Assembly: GCA_963753345.1 (NCBI GenBank)
Contig: CAVWBU010000041.1
Span: 32,001-96,000, forward strand
DNA length: 64,000 bases
Reading direction: 5' to 3'
DNA from: an uncultured Fibrobacterota bacterium
GTDB taxonomy: Bacteria > Fibrobacterota > Chitinivibrionia > Chitinivibrionales > FEN-1185
The position numbers and the translations under genes are program-made. The notes beneath the pieces were generated by a model. The model did not search any database. It was given only the letters and a program-made list of their open reading frames with translations, and was not told where the DNA came from. Below, in pieces: positions 51,075 to 60,950 of the stretch; the first letter of the stretch is position 1, and every line of letters starts with the position of its first letter.

Positions 51075-51976
51075 CGCAGCCTGTTTTCGTGACATTGAGA
51101 GCAGAAATTCCTTGTCTCGTGACACATTACGCAATTGGAAATCCCCATCCGCACATCGTTGCCGTGCATAAACCGGTATCCCGGCGGATGGATACGGCAG
51201 GCCGTCTGGCCTAGGTGGCACCGGTCGCATTCCTGTTTGTCGTGACACTGCATGCATTCCGCCTTCCCGTACTTGGCCTCCATGCCGTGGCCGTATCGCC
51301 CCACCCACAGGTAGGTGTGCGTCTTCGGCTTGATCTGCGCGACATCGTTGTGGCACACCGCGCACTGGCCCGACGCCTTGCGGTCCTCGTGGCAGTAGAG
51401 GCACGTTTTCATGGGAGGATAGTCGTCGTGCCGCATCCACTGGCCGCGCTGGGGCTCCGCATGGCAGTAGCGGCAGTCCTTTATGCGGGCGTAATGCTTC
51501 GCATGAGAGAATTTAATCTTGAAAAGGTCGGCCTGCATGGACTTTTTTTCCGGAATTTTGTGGCAGCTCGTGCAGCTCATGTCCATGTTGAGCCGGACTT
51601 GACATACGCCGAATCCCTTGTGCATGGTTTCCATGCCCAAAACGCCTTTGTGGCACTGGCTGCATTGCTTGATGCGGCTGTCGTTGCCCTTGCGGTGATG
51701 GCACGTGACGCACGAAATGCCGGCCTTCTCGAACCCCCGGTGCGACATTACGACTGGCCCCGGCGTCCAGCCGACCTTGACGGCGGAGAGACCCGTGTCT
51801 TTTGCGGTCACGAACGAATCCACCGAGGTGACGATGACCGTGTCGGTGGTAATGGAATCGTGGAAGAAGACATCGAGCTGGGAATATCCGGGCCGCGCCG
51901 ACGAAAGCACCATCATGCATGCCGCGAAAGCGACAAAGGAGAACGTCATTGTCGAAGTACAGCTGGGTTGTGTCAT
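51071..51976 (-). CDS. Periplasmic multiheme cytochrome c (c3-like; 10 CxxCH plus one degenerate site)
   Basis: CVTCH, CSQCH, CTSCH, CRYCH, CLYCH, CAVCH, CMQCH, CDRCH, CVMCH, CSQCH; FSHAKH. Confidence 0.9.
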   Translation of the reverse strand: MTQPSCTSTMTFSFVAFAACMMVLSSARPGYSQLDVFFHDSITTDTVIVTSVDSFVTAKDTGLSAVKVGWTPGPVVMSHRGFEKAGISCVTCHHRKGNDSRIKQCSQCHKGVLGMETMHKGFGVCQVRLNMDMSCTSCHKIPEKKSMQADLFKIKFSHAKHYARIKDCRYCHAEPQRGQWMRHDDYPPMKTCLYCHEDRKASGQCAVCHNDVAQIKPKTHTYLWVGRYGHGMEAKYGKAECMQCHDKQECDRCHLGQTACRIHPPGYRFMHGNDVRMGISNCVMCHETRNFCSQCHENRLR

Positions 51977-51977
51977 A

Positions 51978-53276
51978 TCACTTCACTTTGACCGGGACAG
52001 GGGGCTGGCCCGACTGCCAGAACCCGTGAAAATTGAAACGGGACATGAACATGACGCGAAAATCGCTTTTGTAATAGTCGTTCACCAGATACTCCACCTG
52101 CGGCTCCAGCACAAGACTCACCACCGGCGTGAGCCACGGAACGAACCACCGGCAAAAGGCCAGCGTTGTATAGGCATTGCGCCAGTCGGTTACGAGCAGC
52201 GTCTTGTACCGGTCGAACTGGAACGCCGCCCCTATATCGAAGACCTGGGCGTAGGCAAACGTGTAGCCCGGAACGATTTCATAGGTGGTGCCGTGGACGC
52301 CGGTGTTTACGTCGAGCCGCAGCGATGCGCCCTTTGCCAGAAGATTGCAACTCGCCAGGTGGTCTGTTCCCTCGCCGAACGCCCTCAGCGAATACGCGCC
52401 GAGAAACGAAACATCGCGCAGGAAGCCCAGGCCGATCACCATGCCGCCTTCGTTGTACTTGTCAAGGACCAACCGTTCGTAATAGTTGACCGAATCTATC
52501 TGACTTGCCCGGCCCGCGGCATGAATGGCAAGGTGGAGCATGTCCCAGCGCACGAGGCCTGCCTCGAGGTAGTATTCGTCAAGGGTTTGTGACGTGACGT
52601 CATAGCGGACATGGCCACGGACGCCCACGACATGGCCGATGTCGGACCGCAGGCTCGCGGCGGCTCGGTAGTGGCGGTCGAGATCGGAGTCCTGCTTGTC
52701 GGCCGAGACGCCCAATCCCACTTCGGTCCCGCGCAGGAAGCGCGCGCTGCCGTAGAAGCCCGCCTGCACTCTTTTCGGATCGAGGCTCGCGATGCTGTCG
52801 GAATACCTCGACGGCGTGGCCGTGCCCCCGAACGCATAGAGCGAAAGCACCTTGCCCGCATCGTAGCCGAGGCTGAGCCCGTCGAGATAGCCGGCGTCCA
52901 GGGCAAAGGTGTTGACAAACTGTCTGCCGAGGCTCGCGCTGAGTCCCAGCGGTTCGTGGGTCCAGTCGAGGCTGGTTGAGCGGAGCTCGTACTGCTTGGG
53001 CATGCCGCTCGTCTTGTCGTTGGTGACGCTCACATCGGACGAAAACGAAAGCGCCGATGCTCCCGGGTTGCGGACCGCAAGACCCACGTCCTCGTAGAAA
53101 TTGTTCCGCCTGGCCGTTGCGCTGGATACCGTATCTACCCTGTCGTCCCTGGCATAGTAGGTGTTGCCTTCGTAAACGTTGAGCGAAACCCCGAAGACGG
53201 CGGAACAGACGGCAAGAAAAACGGCAAGGACGGCGCCTGGTTTTCCGCGGGTGCAATTGCGGCAGCGCATCAGCAT
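51978..53276 (-). CDS. Putative outer-membrane beta-barrel (porin-like)
   Basis: Signal peptide; about 430 aa of alternating hydrophobic/polar strands, SLGRQF...LDGLSL motif; lies between hydrogenase and cytochromes. Confidence 0.7.
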   Translation of the reverse strand: MLMRCRNCTRGKPGAVLAVFLAVCSAVFGVSLNVYEGNTYYARDDRVDTVSSATARRNNFYEDVGLAVRNPGASALSFSSDVSVTNDKTSGMPKQYELRSTSLDWTHEPLGLSASLGRQFVNTFALDAGYLDGLSLGYDAGKVLSLYAFGGTATPSRYSDSIASLDPKRVQAGFYGSARFLRGTEVGLGVSADKQDSDLDRHYRAAASLRSDIGHVVGVRGHVRYDVTSQTLDEYYLEAGLVRWDMLHLAIHAAGRASQIDSVNYYERLVLDKYNEGGMVIGLGFLRDVSFLGAYSLRAFGEGTDHLASCNLLAKGASLRLDVNTGVHGTTYEIVPGYTFAYAQVFDIGAAFQFDRYKTLLVTDWRNAYTTLAFCRWFVPWLTPVVSLVLEPQVEYLVNDYYKSDFRVMFMSRFNFHGFWQSGQPPVPVKVK

Positions 53277-53284
53277 GCATGCCC

Positions 53285-54853
53285 CTAGCATACCCTGAAC
53301 CTCGCTATTTCCGCGCCCGCCTTTGCGCAGTGAATGGCGCATGCAAGGCATGGGTCGAATGTCCTCACCACCCTCGCGGCCTCCATGGGGTTTTTCTCGT
53401 CCACTACCGGCGTGCCGGCGAGCGCCTGCTCCATGGGGCCGGCCACGCCATTGTCGTCCCTCGGGGACGCATTCCACGTTGTCGGCACAATGCACTGGTA
53501 GCGGGCAATTTTTCCGTTTTTCACCGAAATCCAGTGGCCGAGCGCTCCGCGCGGCGCCTCGCCCAGGCCCGCCCCCTCTCCGCTTTCGGGAACGGCGCAC
53601 TCCTGTCTCGGTCTTCCGCCTTCTTCTATTTCGTCAAGCCAGCCTGAGATCTTCTTGCACAGGAGCCTGCTCTCCACGGCCCTTGCCGCGTGTCTGCCGA
53701 TTGCGGACTGTAGTTTTGCAAGCGTGAGGCCTGTGGCGGCAAGGAGCGCATCGACCTCTCGCCGTATGTCCACACTGCCTGCCGTGTATCCCACCATCAT
53801 GCGTGCCAGAGGCCCAACCTCCATCGGCTTGCCTCCGTACCGGGGCGCCTTTATCCACGTATATGCTCCGGCCTTGTCGACAGAGGGCTCGGTCTGCCCC
53901 TGCGACGGATGAAGGTTCGTTGCCGAGGAATAGCGCGAGTGCAGGACCTGCTCGGTTATCCTGGTCTGGTCGAATGCCACTCGTTTTCCCTCCGACACGA
54001 TGCCACGCGGAAAGTAAAGGTCTGCAGTCTCGGGACCGTCGGGAAATTCCCCGTAGGCAAGAAAATCGCCGAACCGGCCGAGCTCCGCATACCCGGGAAG
54101 CGACTTCGCGAGCGCAATCACGTCGGGCACATAGGCGAAATTGACAAATTCGCCTATTTCCGCAAGAATGGTCCTGGCGGACGCTACGGCCGCCTTGTCG
54201 GGCGTCTGCGCCACACCGCCGGGCACAAGCCCGATTGCATGCGGGACCCTTCCCGCGAACAGCGCCACGAGCCGGTGCGCCTTCATGCGTATGTCAAGCG
54301 CCTTTACGTAGTGCGCTATCGCGGCGATGTTGAACGCAGTGTCCTTTATGTAGAAGCCTTCTCCGGCGTACCTCGGCAGAAACGGCGCACACGCCGTAGC
54401 AGCTTCGACACCGGTCTTCTTTTCCGAAAGTTCGCTCTTCGCCCATGCCTTGAGATACAGGAGCTTCTCGTCGTTTCCGGAATATGCGAGGATCGCAGTG
54501 ATATCGACGTAGTCGAGCGCGGCTAGATGATAGAAGTGCAGGATATGCGACTGCAGAAAGTTGGACGCCAGCGCAAGGTTTCTCAGGAGCCGCCCGTTCT
54601 TGTTGGGCACGACCCCACAGGCGGTTTCCACGCACCGCGACGATTCGATGCCGTGTGAAACAGGGCATACGCCGCAGATGCGCTGCGCTATCTGCACCGC
54701 GTCGAAGGGATGCCTTCCGATAAGGATCTGCTCGAAGCCGCGGAACATGTCGCCCCGCATGCGCGCCGACGTAACCCTGCCGGCATCAACGTCGAGCTCC
54801 ACCGACAGGTGGCCTTCAATGCGGGTGATGGGATCGATGACGATTTTCGACAT
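53285..54853 (-). CDS. [NiFe] hydrogenase large subunit (group 1, 1a-like)
   Basis: DPITRIEGH, L1 QRICGVCPVSH, APRG.LGHW, VPTTWN, L2 FDPCLACAIH plus a cleavable C-terminal extension. Confidence 0.96.
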   Translation of the reverse strand: MSKIVIDPITRIEGHLSVELDVDAGRVTSARMRGDMFRGFEQILIGRHPFDAVQIAQRICGVCPVSHGIESSRCVETACGVVPNKNGRLLRNLALASNFLQSHILHFYHLAALDYVDITAILAYSGNDEKLLYLKAWAKSELSEKKTGVEAATACAPFLPRYAGEGFYIKDTAFNIAAIAHYVKALDIRMKAHRLVALFAGRVPHAIGLVPGGVAQTPDKAAVASARTILAEIGEFVNFAYVPDVIALAKSLPGYAELGRFGDFLAYGEFPDGPETADLYFPRGIVSEGKRVAFDQTRITEQVLHSRYSSATNLHPSQGQTEPSVDKAGAYTWIKAPRYGGKPMEVGPLARMMVGYTAGSVDIRREVDALLAATGLTLAKLQSAIGRHAARAVESRLLCKKISGWLDEIEEGGRPRQECAVPESGEGAGLGEAPRGALGHWISVKNGKIARYQCIVPTTWNASPRDDNGVAGPMEQALAGTPVVDEKNPMEAARVVRTFDPCLACAIHCAKAGAEIARFRVC

Positions 54854-54870
54854 AATATTCTTTAGCTACG

Positions 54871-55040
54871 AGTTGACAGTTGACGGTTGACAGTTGACGG
54901 CAAGAATCATGTGACAATAACGACCACGTGCAAGCAAGATACACCGCTCCGGTTACAAATTGGAAATTGCAGGAACAACTTCATTCGGAATTTTGTACTT
55001 TGCTTTCAACTGAAAACTGTCAACCGTCAACTGTCAACTT
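54871..55040. repeat. Inverted pair of 7-mer tandem arrays
   Basis: GTTGACR x4 (54872-54900) and the complementary YGTCAAC array (about 55006-55040) flank about 105 bp between the hydrogenase subunit genes. Confidence 0.75.
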
Positions 55041-55046
55041 GTTTGT

Positions 55047-55961
55047 TTATGCCTTCTTCGCCGTAAACAACCCCCGCTCGCCCGTGTCCGGGAACACCGG
55101 CTCAGTGCAGCCGATGCACCCGGCGCCGCACCCCGTGCACGAATTGACGCCGAGCCATTTGCGGACGGGAATGTCGCAGTTCGAATCAATGCCGAGGCAC
55201 CCGAGCTTGTACAGGCAGCCCTTGTCGCCCCAGGAGAGCGCGAACTCGTTCTTCCGGTATTCCTGGAGGTGTTCGCATTTGTCGTGCACCGTGGTCTTGA
55301 AATACAAAAGCGGCCTGCCGTACGCGTCGAGCTTGAGCCTCTTGCCCATAATAAGGTGCACCAGACTGCCGATGATCCAGTCCGGGTGCGCAGGGCAGCC
55401 GGGAATGTTGATCTGTTTTACGCCGGGCAGCACGCCCCACACCGGCATGGCGCCTGTGGGGTTTTCCCCGCCGCTCCGCATGCGCGCCGCGGGAATGCAG
55501 CCGTAGGCTGCGCAGGTCCCCACGGCCACCACCGCCTTCGCGTTCTTCGCAAGGAGCCCGACCCACTCGCGCACGCCGCGCGGTTTTCCGTTCACCTCGC
55601 CGATGGTGCAGAACGTCTCGGATTTTGCCGGAATGGAACCTTCGACCACCAGCACGTAGTTCTTTTTGCCTTCGTCAAGCGTTTTAAGAAGGATGTCGAT
55701 GGCGGTGTCGCCCGTGGCCGTGGAAAGCGTCTGGTGGAAGTGGAGGCTGATATGGTTGGTGATGAGCGTCGCGATGTCCGGGTCGCCGGCGTTGAGCAGG
55801 GACACCGAGTCGCCGGAGCAGCTCTGTCCCTGGAGCCAGATGACTGGGGTCCGCTTTGAGGCCTTGCCCAGGGTGATCTTCGTGCCGGCGAGCACGACTT
55901 CCGGAAACGCCAGAAGCGCGGTTGCGCCGCCCACGATGCGGATGAATTCTCTTCTGTTCAC
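55047..55961 (-). CDS. [NiFe] hydrogenase small subunit, Tat-exported, no membrane anchor
   Basis: NRREFI signal; WLQGQSCSGD, VEGSIP, GTCAAYG, PGCP, HDKC, GCLYKLGC, CIGC. Confidence 0.95.
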   Translation of the reverse strand: MNRREFIRIVGGATALLAFPEVVLAGTKITLGKASKRTPVIWLQGQSCSGDSVSLLNAGDPDIATLITNHISLHFHQTLSTATGDTAIDILLKTLDEGKKNYVLVVEGSIPAKSETFCTIGEVNGKPRGVREWVGLLAKNAKAVVAVGTCAAYGCIPAARMRSGGENPTGAMPVWGVLPGVKQINIPGCPAHPDWIIGSLVHLIMGKRLKLDAYGRPLLYFKTTVHDKCEHLQEYRKNEFALSWGDKGCLYKLGCLGIDSNCDIPVRKWLGVNSCTGCGAGCIGCTEPVFPDTGERGLFTAKKA

Positions 55962-56464
55962 GTGGCTGAAGTTTCCCCGCCGGTTCCCAGCGTCCCCGTT
56001 GATTCCTGATATTCGGCAATAATCGTTTGAACCATTGCAACGACCCTCGGCAGGACCGCTCTCACCGCCTGCGTCGGCTCCGGGTTCATGCTCTCTGCAT
56101 CGGCCGGGACAATCCCCAGAATCTCCGTACGCGGCCGTTCTCCCAGCAGACGCACGGCGGAAAGCGCATCGCGGATCCCCGCCTCGTGAACCGAAAACAT
56201 GCCGTCTGTTGTATTTGTCAAATACGATGCCGGGAACCTGAAAACGCTGCCGGGCGGCGCATTCGTTTTAAGGGCGTCAATCACCAGAATGCGCACCCTC
56301 CCGGAAATCAAGGCCGGCAGGTCGAGTCCGTTTGCGCCCGCGTCAACCGCCTCAACCCCGTCGGGCAGTCGCCCCGAGTCGAGGAGCAGGTTAACCGCAT
56401 GAACTCCGGCGCCGTCGTCGGAACGAAGCATATTCCCCATTCCCAGGATAAGCACAGGTTTCAT
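55958..56464 (-). CDS. Hydrogenase maturation protease
   Basis: LGMGN.L.SDDGAG, VDAG, IDA, SVHE. Confidence 0.93.
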   Translation of the reverse strand: MKPVLILGMGNMLRSDDGAGVHAVNLLLDSGRLPDGVEAVDAGANGLDLPALISGRVRILVIDALKTNAPPGSVFRFPASYLTNTTDGMFSVHEAGIRDALSAVRLLGERPRTEILGIVPADAESMNPEPTQAVRAVLPRVVAMVQTIIAEYQESTGTLGTGGETSAT

Positions 56465-56648
56465 ACGGCCGCGATGCCATCAAAAATATTTTTCCTGCGG
56501 ACTTTTTCCAATTCTTTTTTCTTACCTGCACGTAATCGGTTATCCCATCCGGGCAAGACCGATCCGAGTTAAGACTTTTTTCACGCCCGTACCGAATAAC
56601 TATAATATCACTTTGCACCATCAGGTGCAAGTCAGAATTGTCCCGCCC

Positions 56649-57746
56649 CTACCTCTGCACCCTCGCGCTCCCGCCCTTCATGATCTTTTCCACTTCCTTG
56701 AGCGTGGCGGTCGACGTATCGCCGGGCGTGGTCATGGCGTGCGCTCCATGCGCCGCACCGCAGTCCACGCAGTACTGCGGGTCCTTCCCGGAAAGGAACC
56801 CGTAGATGCAGCCGGAGGCAAAACTGTCGCCGCCGCCCACGCGGTCGCAGACGGCAAGATCGGGGTATTTGCGGGACTCGTAAAACTTCCCGTCGCACCA
56901 GAGCACCGCGGCCCAGTCGTTGACGGATGCGGTTTTCGCGTCGCGAAGCGTGGTGGCAACCGCCTTGAAGTTCGGGTAGGCCTTCACCGCCTTTTCGATC
57001 ATCCTCTTGAAGCTCGCCGGATCAAGACCGCTCAGGTTTTCGTCCACGCCCTCCACCTCGAATCCGAGCGCCGCAGTGAAATCCTCCTCGTTACCGATCA
57101 TCACGTCGACGTAGTTCGCGATTGCGCGGTTGACTTCCTGCGACTTGGCCTTGCCGCCTATCGACTTCCACAGCGATTCGCGGTAGTTAAGGTCGTAACT
57201 TATCACGGTGCCGTTGGCCTTGGCCGCCTTCATGGCCTCGATCACGACATCCGCCGTGGTGGCCGAAAGCGCCGCGAAAATGCCGCCGCAGTGGAACCAG
57301 CGGGCCCCCTCCTCCTTGAACAGTTTGTTCCAGTCGACGTCGCCCGTCTTCATTTGTGAAGCTGCCGAATTGCCGCGGTCCGACACGCCCAGCGCCGCGC
57401 GTACGCCGAAACCGCGTTCCGTAAAGTTAAGTCCCACGCGGACATTGCGGCCAATGCCGTCGAACGGAACCCATTTGATGTGCGACGCGTCGACCCCGCC
57501 CTGATAGACGAGGTCGAGCAGAAGCTGGCCCACGTCGTTTTCCGGGATCGCGGTGACCACGGAGGTGGCGCAACCGAAGCAGCGCTTGAGCCCCCGCGCC
57601 ACATTGTATTCGCCGCCGCCTTCCCACACCTTGAATTCGCGCGCGCACTTGATGCGGCCCTCGCCCGGGTCGAGCCGGAGCATGATTTCGCCGAGCGAGA
57701 CTTCGTCCCATTTGCAATGGGCCTTTGGTTTGATGGTGAGGGGCAT
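56649..57746 (-). CDS. kdgK: 2-keto-3-deoxygluconate kinase (PfkB family)
   Basis: GEIMLRL, GGGEYNVA, YDLNYRESLW, DRVGGGDSF; adjacent to eda. Confidence 0.9.
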   Translation of the reverse strand: MPLTIKPKAHCKWDEVSLGEIMLRLDPGEGRIKCAREFKVWEGGGEYNVARGLKRCFGCATSVVTAIPENDVGQLLLDLVYQGGVDASHIKWVPFDGIGRNVRVGLNFTERGFGVRAALGVSDRGNSAASQMKTGDVDWNKLFKEEGARWFHCGGIFAALSATTADVVIEAMKAAKANGTVISYDLNYRESLWKSIGGKAKSQEVNRAIANYVDVMIGNEEDFTAALGFEVEGVDENLSGLDPASFKRMIEKAVKAYPNFKAVATTLRDAKTASVNDWAAVLWCDGKFYESRKYPDLAVCDRVGGGDSFASGCIYGFLSGKDPQYCVDCGAAHGAHAMTTPGDTSTATLKEVEKIMKGGSARVQR

Positions 57747-57839
57747 CTTGGGAACTCCTGTTGATGAGTTGAAGCGTATTCGCGTATATGCGTGTATGCG
57801 TTGATGAGATGATGGGTTGATTTGCGCAACAGTAGTATT

Positions 57840-57866
57840 GTCACTCCCGCGGAAGCGGGAGTCCAT
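57840..57866. repeat. REP-like palindrome
   Basis: GTCACTCCCGCGGAAGCGGGAGTCCA. Confidence 0.55.
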
Positions 57867-57896
57867 CATCCTTTACTATCATCCATATATAGGGGT

Positions 57897-58544
57897 CTAC
57901 TTCTTCACCCCCGCCGCTTTCGCAATCTCCACCGCGCGTTTCGTGATTTCGGCTATCTGGTCAAACGCTTTGGCGTTGATAAGATCCGCTTTGGCTATCC
58001 ATGTCCCGCCGCAGCACAGCGTCTTTGCAAACGCGAGATACGCGGCGAGGTTCTTTTCTTCTATGCCGCCCGTGGGCACGAACCGCACCTTGCCGTACGG
58101 CGCGCTCATGGCCGTAAGCGTCTTGAGCCCGCCCATGGCTTCGGCCGGGAAGAACTTGAGCACGTCCACGCCCAAGTCCAGCCCCATCTCTATTTCCGTA
58201 GGCGTCGCAACGCCGGGCGTCACCGGGATGTTGTTCTTGATGCAATGCTCCACCACCTTTGGGTTGAACCCCGGCGCTACGATAAACACCGCGCCGCAGT
58301 CAACGGCTTTCTTCACCGTGTCGACGTTCAGTACCGTTCCGGCGCCCACGAGCATGTCGCCCCGCGATGCCATTTTCGTTATCGCGTCCGCAGCCGCCGC
58401 GGTGCGGAAGGTGATTTCGGCGCAGGGAAGGCCGCCCTTTACAAACGCGTCGGCAAGCGGCGGCGCGTCGCCGGCGTCGTCGATCTTGACGACCGGGATC
58501 ACCTTCATCTGTTCGAATTTCCTGAAAAGTTCGTTTTTGTCCAT
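57897..58544 (-). CDS. eda: KDPG/KHG aldolase
   Basis: EITFRT, VGAGTV, PGVATPTE, KFFPA, VPTGGI. Confidence 0.96.
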   Translation of the reverse strand: MDKNELFRKFEQMKVIPVVKIDDAGDAPPLADAFVKGGLPCAEITFRTAAAADAITKMASRGDMLVGAGTVLNVDTVKKAVDCGAVFIVAPGFNPKVVEHCIKNNIPVTPGVATPTEIEMGLDLGVDVLKFFPAEAMGGLKTLTAMSAPYGKVRFVPTGGIEEKNLAAYLAFAKTLCCGGTWIAKADLINAKAFDQIAEITKRAVEIAKAAGVKK

Positions 58545-58629
58545 TAAAGCTCCTTGCCGCGAATGTTCCCTTACACGCCCTTGTTCTATGATCTTCAGCA
58601 ATTAAAATCTACAATCTACATTCTACAAT

Positions 58630-60628
58630 CTACAATTTATATATCTCTCCGCTCCGGTACGCCTGCCACGCAGTCTCGAACCACGCATCGGCCTTGGGCA
58701 GCGGCCGGCGGGGCACCCATTGGTGCGAAAAGATTGCTTCTCCGGCCGAAACCACGTCCGTTTCCATCACCTTGTCGCGGAAGCGCTCGTCCAATGGCTC
58801 GAACCGCCATTCGTCGCCGAGGTCCTTGTGAGCGGGCAGTCCGTTTTTGTCAAGCACCACGGCCGATCCCCTGCTGCCCGCGCCGCTGTCCACCGCGAAC
58901 TTCACGGCGTCAAGATACGCCGCGTGCGCAAAACACAGCTGCAGATTGCGCAGGGATTCCACGGCATCTTTGACCGTGCGGCAGGCGTTTCCTTCGGCTG
59001 CGAGGCGCAGGTACTGGTCGCGCGCTTCCGGCACGGACGCGGCCAGCACGGCCGAGCTCCTGATGTGCGCGCCCGCCTTGGTCATGCGGCCCTGGAACTC
59101 CGCGCGCTCGTCCTGCCATCTTCTGTTTCGAACTTTTGCATTTGTCAATCCAGCCGAGCAGCCGGGCCGCGGTCTTCCCCGCCTCTGCAGCGGCAGCGCT
59201 TTCCCCCAGATCCTTTGCGGCATAACGGTGCGCAATGTACTCGGCTGCACGGAACCCGGCAACCTGCCCGGAATTGAGCGCCGAGCCGCCCGGCCGGTAA
59301 ATGCCGTGCGAGCCGTTCACTTCGCCGACCGGAAACAGGTGCTTGACATTCACCGATTCCCACCACAGGTTTCCGGCCAGCCCGCCGTTGTTGTGCTGTG
59401 CGCACACCGCGACCTCAAGCGGTTCCTTCGCGAGGTCTATGCCGTGCTCTTTGTAAAGGTCAATTGCGGGCTGGTTCATTTTCGCCAATCGTTCGATGGG
59501 CGTAGCGAGCAACGCGCCCGATTTCTCCAGGTACTCGCGCGCCTCCTTCGACAACGCCGCGAAATCGAATCCTTCCGGGTTTTTCGTGTAGTCAAGAAAC
59601 ACACGCCGGCCCTTGACAACGGTCTCGATGTAAACGAGGATGTCCACGATGGACGATCCGCCTGCCGCCTTCCGGGGGTCGAACGGCCACTGGTAGCCCT
59701 TGAGGAACACCATGCTGTTCATGGCGCCCGCGCTTTCGAAGAACGGCCTCAAAAATTCCCGCGCGTCGCTTTTCCCGTCGGCGGCGGTGCTTACAAACTG
59801 CGGAATCACCTGCATGTAGGTGCCGGATACGTTCCACCGGAACTTGATGGATGCGAGGCCGTACTGCGATTCGGGCAGGCTCTGCGCCTTTGCGCCGGCC
59901 AGCAAAGCGAGCCCGATACCGCCGGTGTGCACCGTGGGATACACGCTCGTTGCGTACAGGCCGCCCGGACCGCCCGCGGCGAACACTACGTTGTCGGCGA
60001 GGTAGAGCTCGAACGCGGCAGCGGTGCTCTTCGCGGAAGACTTCATCACCACGGCGCCGGCCGCGCGCCTGGCCTCGCCTTCGCCGGTTGTCAACAGCGA
60101 CACCGCAATACGTTTTTCGCGCACCATAATACTTCGGCGTTTCACTTCGTCAATAAGCACGCGGCACATTTCGCGCGAGGTGTAGGGTCCGAACGACGTG
60201 GCGCGCTGGCGCGGGTCGTGGTCGGTCTTGTAGCCCACGAACTGGCCGTACTTGTCCGAGGGGAATTTTACGCCGAGGTTCACAAGGCTGAGGAAGGCAC
60301 GCGCCGACAGCGACGCCTCCACGAGCGCCAGGTCGCCGTGCATGCCGCCGTTGTCAAAGAACGATTCGGCAAGCGCCATGGGCGAATCGTCCTGGCTGCC
60401 GTACATGCCGAGCTTGTAGTAGGTCTGCTTGTCGCTTCCCGTGTTGATGGAGGTCCCCATGCGCAGGCCCTCGGTCACGATGCACAGGTCGGTGATGCCG
60501 TTGGCATGCAGCTGCACCGCGGCATTGAGCCCCGCCGCGCCCGAGCCAATCACCAGCGTATGGACGCGGAAGCTGGGAATGGAAAATTTTCTGCCATTAT
60601 ATTTGACGATTTGTTTGGTGGTCTTCAT
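58630..60628 (-). CDS. FAD-binding oxidoreductase (SdhA/FrdA/NadB superfamily), frameshift near 59120
   Basis: GSGAAG, GTSINTGSDKQTYYK, QHNNGG, GEVNGSHG..RPGGSALN; the C-terminus (SRGS) lies in ORF 58630-59262. Confidence 0.8.
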
Positions 60629-60697
60629 TTGAGGATTTCCCTTGCGACAAAATTACAATGCGATTTTCCGAGGAACCTTGACCCGTAGTACCGTTTC

Positions 60698-60736
60698 AAC
60701 CTCACCCCCGACCCCTCTCCCACAGGGAGAGGGGGA
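60698..60736. repeat. REP-like palindrome
   Basis: Near-identical to 5010-5047. Confidence 0.75.
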
Positions 60737-60762
60737 CAGGCACACTGACCCAACCCGGTTTC

Positions 60763-60950
60763 TTTTCAACTATCGCTCGTGGGTGCCGCCACAACGATGC
60801 ATGGTCTTGCAGCCACTTTATCAAGGCGGTCACCCAGGAGGGGGTAGCGCAGGACCGGCCGTGGACATTTTGAATACTGGTTTGTGAAGTACGCGGCCGG
60901 GCCGGAGCGAGGGGGAAACTTCCCCCCTTGTAAAGCTATCTATTTAAATC
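60763..60950. repeat. Structured intergenic repeat family 2 (copy 2)
   Basis: Aligns to 5212-5420, lacking about 24 bp of internal insert. Confidence 0.85.

Noticed and set aside
53285-53400. Selenocysteine in the hydrogenase large subunit ([NiFeSe])
   Set aside because: L2 reads DPCLAC with a Cys codon; there is no in-frame TGA.
58630-60628. sdhA/frdA assignment
   Set aside because: There are no adjacent Fe-S or membrane subunits, and the covalent-FAD His motif is not recognisable.
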